Below, in pieces: positions 54,207 to 63,352 of a stretch of 64,000 nt of DNA. The stretch's first letter is position 1. Every line of letters starts with the position of its first letter. This stretch comes from a bacterium (GTDB lineage: Bacteria; Patescibacteriota; Doudnabacteria; UBA920), in contig JAKAGU010000004.1 in the NCBI GenBank assembly GCA_021825655.1, positions 11,599 through 75,598 on the forward strand, given 5' to 3'. The notes beneath the pieces are model-generated. The model did not search any database, was not told the origin of the DNA, and worked only from the letters and a program-made list of their open reading frames with translations. A program made the position numbers and the translations under genes.

Positions 54207-56069
54207 TTACCTGATATACGGGTCGCCCTGGGACATGTTTTCCAAATCCTTGTCAGGAATGCTAAAAATCGAAAAAACGTTCAAGCCTTTTTCCGTGAAA
54301 AAGCCGTAGTTCATGGGATGCAAAACACCCGCCACTGTCCAATACACAGTCCGGTTTTTATACCCCCTGACGATAGTCCCGTCGGTCGGCGGCAAAAAAG
54401 AGCTGGTCACCCAGGAATTAAACTCGGGATAATCCACGGTATTAACCGCCTGAAAACTAAAACCCCTCTGTTTAAACACGTCATAGGTTATAGGCATCTT
54501 CTGCCCTGCATTAATAAGGTAAACCGCAGGCTGGCTGGACAGCTTAATTAGCGTGCCGTCGTCCGGTGTCACATAGGGCCCTTCGGGAAAATTATCAAGC
54601 AATTGCGCGCTCACGGTTTTTACCGGCGTGCCTGAAAACCGGCGGTTCATCACAAACGGAGACACGGGTCGCTTCTTCCCGCCGGAAATTTGGTAAACCA
54701 GGCCGGCGTCCGCCAGCTTGACCAAATCCCCTTCCTTCAACTCGTTAATTGCCAAAGAACCGGACAGGCTGCGGGGCACATTAATCCGGCCGGCCCCCAA
54801 AAGTCCGCGGCAGGAAAGTCCGCCGCACTGGGAAAGATTTTGGCTGTCTACGGAATCGGCAGTGGTGATTATTTTATCACGGATCTGGATATTGGTGGCA
54901 TTTGGAAAAACGGTTTTTATCAAAGCCGCCTGGCCGACAACGAACGGAACAGCCAGAGAGGTGCCGGAAGCATAGGCGTAAGAGTTAGGCGCATATTTTT
55001 TTGAAATGGGGTCGTGGTTAATAGTGGACAGTATGCGTTTGCCCGGGGCCACAACATCAATGCAATTTTTGCCGTAATTGGAAAAGCTTGGCTTAATATC
55101 ATTCTGGTCAACGGCGGCCACGCCGATAATCATATTCTGGTTGTTGTCGTCACAAATCGGAAATACGGGTTCAGTATCCAGGCTATGGCCTTCGGTGGCC
55201 ACGTCATTGCCCGCCGCAGCCACAATTACCAGGCCTTTTTTAAAGGCGTAATCGATGGAGTTCGCCAGAACCGTGTCATGCGCAAAGCCAATGCCCCCGA
55301 TGCTTAAGTTGATAAAACCCGCGCCGTGGTCTGCGGCCCAGACAATCGCCTCTGAGATCGTGGCCGCATCGCCCTTGCCCGACCCATCCAGGGCTTTTAA
55401 GGGCATAATGCTGATCTGCCAATTGGTGCCCGCTATCCCCAAATTATTATTAACTGCGGCGCCCAAAATTCCCGCCACCAGAGTGCCGTGGCCATTGTCA
55501 TCGGAATTGACCCGTCCCGAAATATCCTGGCGCGCCAAAAAATCAAAGCCCTTTACAAAAGTTATGGCCTGCAAATCTTCATGCGTCGCATCCACGCCCG
55601 TATCCACCACAGCCACGACATTGTCGCGGCTTCCGGTTACCACATTCCACACCTCGGGAAAGCCGGCTTTTTCCAAACCCCACTGCTTGTCAATGTCGGA
55701 AGTGTTGAGGGTAAAGCCCGGGTCGTTTACCGATACGGCTTGTTCGTCAAACGGGCTGACCGGTTCCAAATAATCGTATTGCCCGGAAAAATCCTGGCGC
55801 AGCTCCTTTGTTTCGCAGGCGCATTTAAAAGAATAGATATTCTGAAAATCCGCTGAGTTCGTGCCCGTAAAGCGCTGCTGGTAATTTTTATCCAGGCTTC
55901 CTAGCATTCCGGCAGCGGCTGCAGAGGCTTTAAATTTTACCAAAAACTCGCGGTTTTGCGGCAACGGGGCATATGCAAAAGCCGCGCTCGCGGGGAAAAC
56001 CGCCGCCACAAGCGCCGCCAACAGGCTGAGTGAAATGAATAAAAATTTTATTCCGCCCTTTAACTGCAT
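54207..56069 (-). CDS. Subtilisin-like serine peptidase (S8) with three C-terminal copies of the ~60-aa repeat module
   Basis: Catalytic triad regions VAVVDTGVDATHEDL / HGTLVAGILGA / GTSLAVPFVVGQAALI. Signal peptide present. The C-terminal 180 aa carry the repeats (e.g. PDDGTLIKLSSQPAVYLINAGQKMPITYDVFKQRGFSFQAV). Confidence 0.85.
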   Translation of the reverse strand: MQLKGGIKFLFISLSLLAALVAAVFPASAAFAYAPLPQNREFLVKFKASAAAAGMLGSLDKNYQQRFTGTNSADFQNIYSFKCACETKELRQDFSGQYDYLEPVSPFDEQAVSVNDPGFTLNTSDIDKQWGLEKAGFPEVWNVVTGSRDNVVAVVDTGVDATHEDLQAITFVKGFDFLARQDISGRVNSDDNGHGTLVAGILGAAVNNNLGIAGTNWQISIMPLKALDGSGKGDAATISEAIVWAADHGAGFINLSIGGIGFAHDTVLANSIDYAFKKGLVIVAAAGNDVATEGHSLDTEPVFPICDDNNQNMIIGVAAVDQNDIKPSFSNYGKNCIDVVAPGKRILSTINHDPISKKYAPNSYAYASGTSLAVPFVVGQAALIKTVFPNATNIQIRDKIITTADSVDSQNLSQCGGLSCRGLLGAGRINVPRSLSGSLAINELKEGDLVKLADAGLVYQISGGKKRPVSPFVMNRRFSGTPVKTVSAQLLDNFPEGPYVTPDDGTLIKLSSQPAVYLINAGQKMPITYDVFKQRGFSFQAVNTVDYPEFNSWVTSSFLPPTDGTIVRGYKNRTVYWTVAGVLHPMNYGFFTEKGLNVFSIFSIPDKDLENMSQGDPYIR

Positions 56070-56085
56070 CAGTCTATTTAAAGAT

Positions 56086-56805
56086 TTACTTATATTTGCC
56101 TGTCCAGAGATTCAACCGCACCTGTACAACCTCCAGCAGCATGCTGACCATTCCGCCAAACTTAACATGGCTTTCCGCATCGTTAACCCAGCGCACAGGC
56201 ACTTCCTTAATTTTGTATTTTCGCCTGCGGGCCAGAGCCAAAATTTCCACGTCAAAAGCCCAACGGTAAATACTCTGTTTGGGGAAAATTGTTTCCGCCG
56301 CCTGCCTACTGAATGCCTTAAAGCCGCATTGTGAATCCGTCACGCCAACGGGCACCAAGGTATGGACGATAAGACGGAAAACCCCGCCCAAAAAATCCCT
56401 AATCCATGGCTGCTTTACGGCAATATCCGAACCGGCAATCCTTCTGGAACCCACCACCAAGTCAAAACCCTGTTCAAAAAATGGCAGCATTTTTACCACC
56501 TCTTCCACGCGGGTGGAATTATCCGCATCCATAAAAAGCCTAATGTCCCCGGTCGCTTTCAGCATCCCTTGTTTGGTTACCCAGCCTTTGCCGTGGTTTT
56601 CCTGGTTATCCACCAAGGTTAAATTGGGGATTTTCTTCTCGTATTCAGCCACGACCGCAGCCGTGCGGTCTTTGGAACCGTCGTTCACCACCAAAATTTC
56701 GGTTGGGTAGGTTTGCTTCTGCAAAAACTCGCTTACAGCAGCCAAAGTTTTGCCGATTCTGTGCTCCTCGTTATAAGCGGGAATGACGACGGATAATTTT
56801 TTCAT
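56086..56805 (-). CDS. GT2 polyprenol-phosphate glycosyltransferase (dolichol-phosphate mannose synthase-like)
   Basis: MKKLSVVIPAYNEEHRIGKTL, DGSKD and DAD motifs. 239-aa soluble GT-A. Confidence 0.8.
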   Translation of the reverse strand: MKKLSVVIPAYNEEHRIGKTLAAVSEFLQKQTYPTEILVVNDGSKDRTAAVVAEYEKKIPNLTLVDNQENHGKGWVTKQGMLKATGDIRLFMDADNSTRVEEVVKMLPFFEQGFDLVVGSRRIAGSDIAVKQPWIRDFLGGVFRLIVHTLVPVGVTDSQCGFKAFSRQAAETIFPKQSIYRWAFDVEILALARRRKYKIKEVPVRWVNDAESHVKFGGMVSMLLEVVQVRLNLWTGKYK

Positions 56806-56893
56806 ATTTTTTTATTAATTAAGTCTAATTATAACACAAAAGCCAGCCAAATAAAAATCCGCCCAAAATCTTTTTTTGAGCGGAAAATCTTTC

Positions 56894-58144
56894 TTAGTTT
56901 TGTTTAAATTGTTTCCAGGCGGTCTCGATAATTGTTTGCAAATTACTGTGCGTAGGCTCAAACCCCAGAAGCGTTTTGGCCTTGCGCGGGTCGGCAATCA
57001 GCAAATCCGCATCCCCCGCGCGACGAACGCCTATCTCCATAGGAATCATGCGGTTTAACACCTCCGCGGTTGCGTTAATCATCTCAAGTACGCTGTAGCC
57101 CCGGCCGGTGCCTATATTAAAAACCTCAAAACCCGCAGACTGGGACAGAAACTTTAAACCCAGCTCATGCGCCTGGGCAATATCCAAAACGTGTACAAAA
57201 TCGCGCACGCAGGTGCCGTCCGGCGTGGCATAATCGTTGCCGTTAACCTGGATCTGCGCCTTGTCCCCATTGGCAACCTCTAGTATGTTGGGTATCAGAT
57301 GCGAAGCGTGTGTTGGCTTTATCAGCCCGTCAAAATCGCAGCCGCAGGCATTAAAGTACCTGAAAACAATCGCCGCCACACCCGAATACTTAGAGTGATA
57401 CTCGATAATTTTTTCCGCCACAAACTTGCTGTGCCCGTAAGGATTACCGGGGCTGACCGGGGACTCTTCCGAAAGCGGTCTGCCTCCGGCCGGATCATAC
57501 AGCGCGCAAGTGGAGGAAAAAACAATTTTTTTAACCCCGAACTCATGCATCACCGAAAGCAACTTGGAAGTGTTGATGGCATTGTTCTCCAAATACCTTT
57601 CCGGCTGCCTTACGGACTCTTCGACTTCTATGCTGGCTGCCAGATGCATTACGGCTTCAAACTGGTTGGAAGCAAATACGTCCCTGACAAAGTTCATGTC
57701 AGCCAAGTCGCCTTCATAAAAAACTGCGCCTGAGGGCACGTTTTCCCGTTTGCCGGTGGAAAGGTTGTCCAGAACCGCGACTTGGTGGCCGCTGGCCAAA
57801 AGTTTTCTGGCCACATGGGAACCAATATAACCCGCCCCGCCCGTAACCAGAATTTTTTTGCCTTGGGTTGCGGCCGGGCTGGCCGGGGAAATCTGTTCAA
57901 CCTGGGGCGCCGCGGCTTTGGACACGGACTCTTCCGCAGGCAGGCCGCCCACCAAAGCGTTGTACTTATCAATGGTTAAAACCACAACCGCGGGCTTATT
58001 GTCCAGATTCAGAATCAACCCGCCGTCCCGCTGTCTGGCTTCGGAAATTAACTCTTGCAAATATTGGTTATCCATAAATATTGCCTTTGCGCCAACTTTT
58101 AAGGCAAAGCCGGCGCTTAAAGTCCTAACAACAAACCACAGCAC
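56894..58144 (-). CDS. galE: UDP-glucose 4-epimerase GalE with a ~95-aa N-terminal extension
   Basis: Core KKILVTGGAGYIGSHVARKL...YxxxK (PYGHSKFVAEK). The first ~95 aa (from the GTG at 58144, or ATG at 58075: MDNQYLQELISEARQRDGGLILNLDNKPAVVVLTIDKYNAL) precede a P/A-rich linker. Confidence 0.85.
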   Translation of the reverse strand: MLWFVVRTLSAGFALKVGAKAIFMDNQYLQELISEARQRDGGLILNLDNKPAVVVLTIDKYNALVGGLPAEESVSKAAAPQVEQISPASPAATQGKKILVTGGAGYIGSHVARKLLASGHQVAVLDNLSTGKRENVPSGAVFYEGDLADMNFVRDVFASNQFEAVMHLAASIEVEESVRQPERYLENNAINTSKLLSVMHEFGVKKIVFSSTCALYDPAGGRPLSEESPVSPGNPYGHSKFVAEKIIEYHSKYSGVAAIVFRYFNACGCDFDGLIKPTHASHLIPNILEVANGDKAQIQVNGNDYATPDGTCVRDFVHVLDIAQAHELGLKFLSQSAGFEVFNIGTGRGYSVLEMINATAEVLNRMIPMEIGVRRAGDADLLIADPRKAKTLLGFEPTHSNLQTIIETAWKQFKQN

Positions 58145-58261
58145 AAATATATTCGGCTGTGGTTTGTTTTTGATTTATAAATTTATGTTAACACACCCGG
58201 TAAGGATGTCAAATACAGTCTTATGGGGTGGGAAGATATGTTATCCCTGCCTTTTTACCTG

Positions 58262-58299
58262 GCTAACAAATAACCCGCCCCGGAAAACCGGGGCGGGTT
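58262..58299 (-). terminator. Rho-independent terminator after the giant surface-protein gene
   Basis: AACCCGCCCCGG-aaaa-CCGGGGCGGGTT: a perfect 12-bp GC-rich hairpin, with ATTTGTT downstream on the minus strand. Confidence 0.7.
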
Positions 58300-58316
58300 A
58301 TTGTAAAGACAGCGGC

Positions 58317-61300
58317 TTAGCTAAACAGGGCTCTTAGCGCCTTGGCAGCCAAGTCGCGGCGGCGGAAGAGCGCAAAGCTGGCGCTGGACAAACCGCCGAA
58401 AACGAAGGCCAAGGAATCAGCGCCGGTTTTTGGAGCCACAAAGGCGCCTAAAACCTGCTGCTGGGGCTGATTAATTCTGACACTTACGGTATTGCCGTAA
58501 GTATTGGACATCAAATAGGTAACCCCGGAAGAAATAGAATACTTTATCCTCACCCGGAAGCTCTTAGAAACGCTGCCTCCGGCCGGAATGGTCAAACCCT
58601 GGAAGTTGATAGTATTGCCGGATAATTGGCCGCCTCCGTTATCGGAAAGGTCAGCGTAAGGCAACACCTGGGACAAATCGTCGCTGATTACAAAATTGGT
58701 AGCCGGCGTATTGCCATTATTGCTTACTGTCAGGGTGTAAGTGATATAATCTTCGCTGCTGGCAGTGACCAGCGTGGCATCCGAATTCTTGGTATCGTTA
58801 AAGCCGCGCTTGGAATAAGCCAGGTTAACATTACCGCCGGCCACTGAACCGGACACGAATACCCAGGCATCGTCCTGCACCTGGCTGACCGAATCGCCGC
58901 TCACGCTCGCGGTGTTTCTGATGCTGTCTCCCGAATTCCCCGTAACGCGAGCCTGGAAAGTCATAGTGCGGGAATCATTGGCATACAGGGTGCCGATGTA
59001 GTAATCGTTGTTGCCGGTAAAGTTGCCGGAAACCCAAGATAAACCGCTCGGCAGATAATCCGTAACCCGGACATTATTCACGGGCTGATTGCCGGTGTTG
59101 CGCACCACAATCTGGAACTCCACAGTGTCATTATTGTTGGCGGACACGCTCTTCTGGAAGCTGCCGTAGTTGTTCCGCACGGTCTTGCTAATGGACAGCT
59201 GGCGGAATTCGTTGGAAGGCACCGTATTGCCGTTCTGGATGTAATAGAAGTAGTTATTCGTAGTTGTGGTGTTGGTGGTATTGGTTGTATTCGTGGTATT
59301 GGTGGTGTTTGTAGTATTGGTGGTATTAGTGGTGTTGCAGGAATTGTTGACGCAATTATTATAATTGCCCGGGTTCACCGGGGCAGCCGGGATATAGGCC
59401 ACCGCTGACACCAAAATAGTGTTGCAGTCCGCATCAATCATGTAGAAAGAATGCGTGCTGCCAGCAGCCAGGTTGCTTACGGTATAGCTGCCGGTGCTGC
59501 CGCCTGTGGCAATGACGTTGCTGGAGCTGTCCTGGGCAAGTTTAATCTGATGGTTGCCGGTAGAAGTCCAGTTTACCGTCAGAGAATAGGTGTCGTTATT
59601 TTTTACCGGCGTGCCCAGATTCAGCGCATAGTTAGTGTTGCTAATGCACTGTGTCTGCTCGTCTTGCCTGACAATCAGAGTATCCAACAAACCGCCGCAG
59701 GAAGAAATATCATAGAGCCGGAATTCATAAGTTAGGTTGGGCTTAATACCTGTTACATCGCGGCTGCCCGAAGCCATCGCAGAGCTGACCAGTGTATGTT
59801 CCTGGCCGTCTTCCGGGTCCAGGTAAGTCAGCTTAACCGGATTACTGCCGGAGAAGGAATAGAACAACGTACCGCGGTAGGTGCCGTCGCTGTTTTTCAC
59901 CAATGCGCCCCGGGTCAGGTCGGCGCTCTTGTTGATTTCACAAACCGGATTACCCGGATTGACCTGCGTATAACAGCTGGCTGTCTGGCTGCCGCTCTGC
60001 ACGGTCACGGTTTTCTGGCCGGTTGTGCTGTAAACGGTGCTAAAATTGGTTCCGCTGCCGCTGCCCGGATTGCCGCTGCCTGCTGTCCAGGTGTAAAAAC
60101 CCGTACCGCCGGTGGCGGAAAAATAGGCAGTATTGCCTACTGTTACAGGGCTATTTAAAGCCGAACAGGACAACTGGACTACCGGAGGCCTGACGGTCAC
60201 AATCGGACAATAGGCAAACTTGCTGCCGCTTATAACCTTAACCTGTTTGGAACCGGACGAAACATAGCGGGTAACAAAATCCGTCTGGCTGCTCGCGCTC
60301 TGAGTCGCGGGGTTGCCGTCCGGCGCATTAAAGGCAAATGTGCCGTTGCCGCCCGAAGCGCGGAAGGTTACGGGCTGGTTAATATCGACAACAGAGCTGC
60401 CGACAATATCACACTGCACGTCATTGGGCTGCACTTGGTTAACCACCACAGCCGGACAATCCACGGACTGGTTGCCGCTTGTCACCCTCACGGTCTTGGT
60501 GCCAGAAACGGCATAAGAAGTGTTAAAGTTCGCCCCGCTGCCGCTGCCCGGATTACCGTCGTTCGCAATCCAGGAATAAGTGCCGGTGCCGCCAGTGGCC
60601 GAAAACATGGCCGCCTGGTTGGTGTTAACATTCGGCGTCAGGGTCTGACAAACCAAAGTCGGCGTAACGGGCGTACAATCCTTTACAATAAAATTAACGC
60701 TCTTTCTCACGCCATCGATGTTGGCTTCTTTGCGCCAGGAACCAATCTGGTCAGCGCGCCAGGCTGTGCCCAGCTGAGTCCAGTAGCCCTGGTTATTCAA
60801 ATACAGGCCGTAGTCGGTATCGACTTCGCCGGTGGAAGCGCCGTTAAAGAAGGAGCTCCACAAGATTTTTTTGCCGGCCATGGCGGGGCTGGAAGTGATG
60901 GTGTACTGGGTGCCTTCGCCCACGCAGAATTCGGTTTTGTTGATGGTAAAATTGTAGTCAACCGGAGTGCCGCCGCAGGAAAGATCCGGAACCAAAAGCT
61001 GCTTCCGGGCCAATTCAGAGTGCTGGCCGTTCGTGGTGTTGTACATAATGTACAAATAGGTGTGGTTCGGGGTCAGCCAGGGGGTATCGGCATGGCCGTT
61101 GATATCGCGGGCCAAAATCTGGGTGGCCGTATTATCGGTAATATCCTGCACGGTAATTTCCGCATCAGTCACATCGGAAGAGTTGGTCCAGTCCACCGTG
61201 CCGGTCCTAAGACACTGCGAACCAATCTGGCCGCCGGCAGAGGCGGTCAGGGTGTTTTGGCCGGTGGGCGCGGTTTTTACCACGCGGACGGTAAACACGA

Positions 61301-61958
61301 TAAATTTGCTGTATTTAAAACAGCCGTTTAAGTCATTCAAATGGGCTACTACGGCCGGCTCGCCGTTCTGGGTGCTCAGCGAAACGCTGCCCGCGCTGCT
61401 GTCATAGTTGCCGAACCAGTCTTCGAAGTGCTGGCTGCCGGGAACAATCTGGAGTTTTTCGTCGCTGGCCGTGGTAATGTTAATCGCGCCGGTAATGCTG
61501 CCTGCGTTGCTGCTGGTTACAGTCGTACCGATTACGTGGTTAGGCTCGGCATTATCATTTACTGTAATCACCGCGTTTATATTCTGCGCATAACCGTTGC
61601 CTTCGGCAGTGCCGTTATGCACATACGACCAGACGTCAAAAGTCTGCCCGTCAGAAGCGCTGACTTGCTGGGTCCTTTGGCCGTTATATACTGCGAGCAA
61701 GGACGGAAAATCGTGGCAGGGATCCTGGCCGGCATTAAAAGAAGTCGGAAACGGGTTAAGTGTCGGCACAGACGGCGCGTTATCGCACACCACTTCGCCC
61801 TGCGCAGACAGCCGCGGGTCATTTGCCCTGGGCGCCAACGCAAAAACCGCGGCCGTCACAACGAACAAAACCGCGGCCGTGGTGTGGCCGACTTTTTTCA
61901 AACTCATGTTCTTGGCCACAGCTTTGGCTTGGCCAATAATTCCGATTAACTGGTTCAT
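58317..61958 (-). CDS. Giant (1213 aa) cell-surface protein with PKD-like and DUF11 repeats and a C-terminal sortase-type sorting signal
   Basis: Signal peptide; three ~95-aa PKD-like tandem repeats (FSATGGTGTYSW..GNPGSGSG.NF); a (TTN)n tract; two DUF11-like repeats (VEFQIVVRNTGNQPVNNVRVTDYLP; TYTLTVSNNGNTPATNFVISDDL). The C-terminus is VAPKTG, then hydrophobic LAFVFGGLSSASFALF, then RRRD. Confidence 0.7.
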   Translation of the reverse strand: MNQLIGIIGQAKAVAKNMSLKKVGHTTAAVLFVVTAAVFALAPRANDPRLSAQGEVVCDNAPSVPTLNPFPTSFNAGQDPCHDFPSLLAVYNGQRTQQVSASDGQTFDVWSYVHNGTAEGNGYAQNINAVITVNDNAEPNHVIGTTVTSSNAGSITGAINITTASDEKLQIVPGSQHFEDWFGNYDSSAGSVSLSTQNGEPAVVAHLNDLNGCFKYSKFIVFTVRVVKTAPTGQNTLTASAGGQIGSQCLRTGTVDWTNSSDVTDAEITVQDITDNTATQILARDINGHADTPWLTPNHTYLYIMYNTTNGQHSELARKQLLVPDLSCGGTPVDYNFTINKTEFCVGEGTQYTITSSPAMAGKKILWSSFFNGASTGEVDTDYGLYLNNQGYWTQLGTAWRADQIGSWRKEANIDGVRKSVNFIVKDCTPVTPTLVCQTLTPNVNTNQAAMFSATGGTGTYSWIANDGNPGSGSGANFNTSYAVSGTKTVRVTSGNQSVDCPAVVVNQVQPNDVQCDIVGSSVVDINQPVTFRASGGNGTFAFNAPDGNPATQSASSQTDFVTRYVSSGSKQVKVISGSKFAYCPIVTVRPPVVQLSCSALNSPVTVGNTAYFSATGGTGFYTWTAGSGNPGSGSGTNFSTVYSTTGQKTVTVQSGSQTASCYTQVNPGNPVCEINKSADLTRGALVKNSDGTYRGTLFYSFSGSNPVKLTYLDPEDGQEHTLVSSAMASGSRDVTGIKPNLTYEFRLYDISSCGGLLDTLIVRQDEQTQCISNTNYALNLGTPVKNNDTYSLTVNWTSTGNHQIKLAQDSSSNVIATGGSTGSYTVSNLAAGSTHSFYMIDADCNTILVSAVAYIPAAPVNPGNYNNCVNNSCNTTNTTNTTNTTNTTNTTNTTNTTTTNNYFYYIQNGNTVPSNEFRQLSISKTVRNNYGSFQKSVSANNNDTVEFQIVVRNTGNQPVNNVRVTDYLPSGLSWVSGNFTGNNDYYIGTLYANDSRTMTFQARVTGNSGDSIRNTASVSGDSVSQVQDDAWVFVSGSVAGGNVNLAYSKRGFNDTKNSDATLVTASSEDYITYTLTVSNNGNTPATNFVISDDLSQVLPYADLSDNGGGQLSGNTINFQGLTIPAGGSVSKSFRVRIKYSISSGVTYLMSNTYGNTVSVRINQPQQQVLGAFVAPKTGADSLAFVFGGLSSASFALFRRRDLAAKALRALFS
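59261..59336 (-). repeat. Imperfect 9-nt tandem repeat (ACCACCAAT-like) encoding (TTN)8 inside the surface-protein gene
   Basis: The coding strand reads AACACCACTAATACCACCAATACTACAAACACC..., giving NTTNTTNTTNTTNTTNTTNTTNTT. Confidence 0.7.
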
Positions 61959-62044
61959 AAATACCTTTAATGCCTGTTACTTTGCCCGTCTAATGGGAAA
62001 AATAAAAGGGTTTAAACAAATAAGTTTTTACTTATTAACCTCAA

Positions 62045-62073
62045 ACTATACACCAAAAATAGGTTTTTGTCAA
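62045..62073 (-). promoter_or_regulatory. Sigma-70 consensus promoter for the giant surface-protein gene
   Basis: The minus strand reads TTGACA, 17-nt spacer, TATAGT, about 80 nt upstream of the ATG at 61958. Confidence 0.55.
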
Positions 62074-62268
62074 GACTTACTCAAAATTTTTGCCTTGATT
62101 AAGCCAAAAAATAATAACTTTTGGCCTAAATTTAAGTAAAAATTCATATTATTTTAACATTTTGCGCTGTTCCTATCAATTCAATCTTCAATCTGTATTT
62201 TTGGTCTGGTGCGGGGAGGAAAATATGCTTTTGGCAAATCCCCCTCCCCGACCTTTAGCGTTGAATCG

Positions 62269-63210
62269 TTACGGTCTACCGGGCACCCAATACTTGATGT
62301 TGGCTGCCCCGCCACCCGGCAAGGCAAAGTAAATGCCCGCACCGGCAGCCAAACAGCCGACTTTCTCAATGGTGCCGGGAAGGCTCCAATTCTTGATGTC
62401 GACTGTCCACGCGTAGAGGCAGTTCAGTCCCGGCAAGTAAAACAGCCAGAACCGGCCTTTTTTGTCGAGCTTAACCGTACCCACGCAGATGACTTCGTGA
62501 CCCTCGCTATCGTGGGTTTTGAAGGCAATCTGGTGCTCGCCTTTGCCCGCCAGTTTCAGCAGGCGGCTATGCGAGACCAAAATGCTGGAGCCGATACCAA
62601 GCGGTTTGCCGTCAATGCTCCACTCGCCGGAGGCATACCCATCGGTCACTTTGCTGGTGAGCCTAATGATCTTGCTCTTGGGATTGAGCTCGATCACCAT
62701 CTCACACGTCGGGCAAGTGTGCTTGGGCACTTCGGCTGCAGGCGGCGGCACCGGAGCGGGTTCGGGTTCCGGCGGCGGTTGCCTGCGGACCACGGGCGGA
62801 ATTGGGGCGGGCGGCTCAGGCTGCGGCGGCAGAAAGACCTCGAAGATCTCATTGCCGCACCGGCCGTCAGCCACGACCTTACCGCCCTGCGTGAAGAGCG
62901 GCGTGTTGGCAGGCATTCTGATAATACGATGCCCCATGGCAGTTTGTTCCCGAGCGCACACATCAAAGGGGTAGCTTATCACCCCGGCTTCGTGGTTCTC
63001 GAGTCTTTCTTGCCAGGCGCCGAGGCGCGTGGTGTCGCGCGGTTCGTAAACCTTGAACGCCGGGGCCGCAAGGCAGGCCGACCCTTCCGTGAAGAAAGTC
63101 GGCGTGTGAATATCGGCCTGCGGGTCGTACTTGGTATAGGTTTGCTGCCCCCACGCGATTGCGCCGAAGACAACGGAAAAGACCACGAGCATCAAAACGA
63201 TTCTTTTCAT
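62269..63210 (-). CDS. Secreted hypothetical protein with a proline-rich linker, in a GC-rich segment
   Basis: Start at MKRIVLMLVVFSVVFGAIAWGQ (ATG 63210, GGAGG 6 nt upstream). Central PPQPEPPAPIPPVVRRQPPPEPEPAPVPPPAAEVP. C-terminal Cys-containing domain. The ORF-track start at 63264 is probably too long. Confidence 0.5.
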   Translation of the reverse strand: MKRIVLMLVVFSVVFGAIAWGQQTYTKYDPQADIHTPTFFTEGSACLAAPAFKVYEPRDTTRLGAWQERLENHEAGVISYPFDVCAREQTAMGHRIIRMPANTPLFTQGGKVVADGRCGNEIFEVFLPPQPEPPAPIPPVVRRQPPPEPEPAPVPPPAAEVPKHTCPTCEMVIELNPKSKIIRLTSKVTDGYASGEWSIDGKPLGIGSSILVSHSRLLKLAGKGEHQIAFKTHDSEGHEVICVGTVKLDKKGRFWLFYLPGLNCLYAWTVDIKNWSLPGTIEKVGCLAAGAGIYFALPGGGAANIKYWVPGRP

Positions 63211-63352
63211 TGCAACCCTCCTCAGAGTTGACTTGGAACTGGCGTACCTCGCGGCACGCTGCATGGTTTCCCGAAACAGCGTCTGCCGGGTACCACAGCG
63301 CCGCTAAAATTTTACTTTTAGCGGCACAAGGTACTTAGCAAGAAAATCAATC

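Noticed and set aside
59261-59336. Tandem repeat considered as a possible CRISPR-like or non-coding array
   Set aside because: The period is 9 nt with no spacers. It lies in frame inside a long ORF and encodes (TTN)n. It is a coding microsatellite, not a CRISPR array.
63300-63325. 10-bp perfect hairpin (gccgctaaaa..ttttagcggc) downstream of the sortase gene as an intrinsic terminator
   Set aside because: There is no U-tract after the stem on the transcribed (minus) strand. It could be a weak terminator or regulatory hairpin, but the evidence is too thin to list as a feature.
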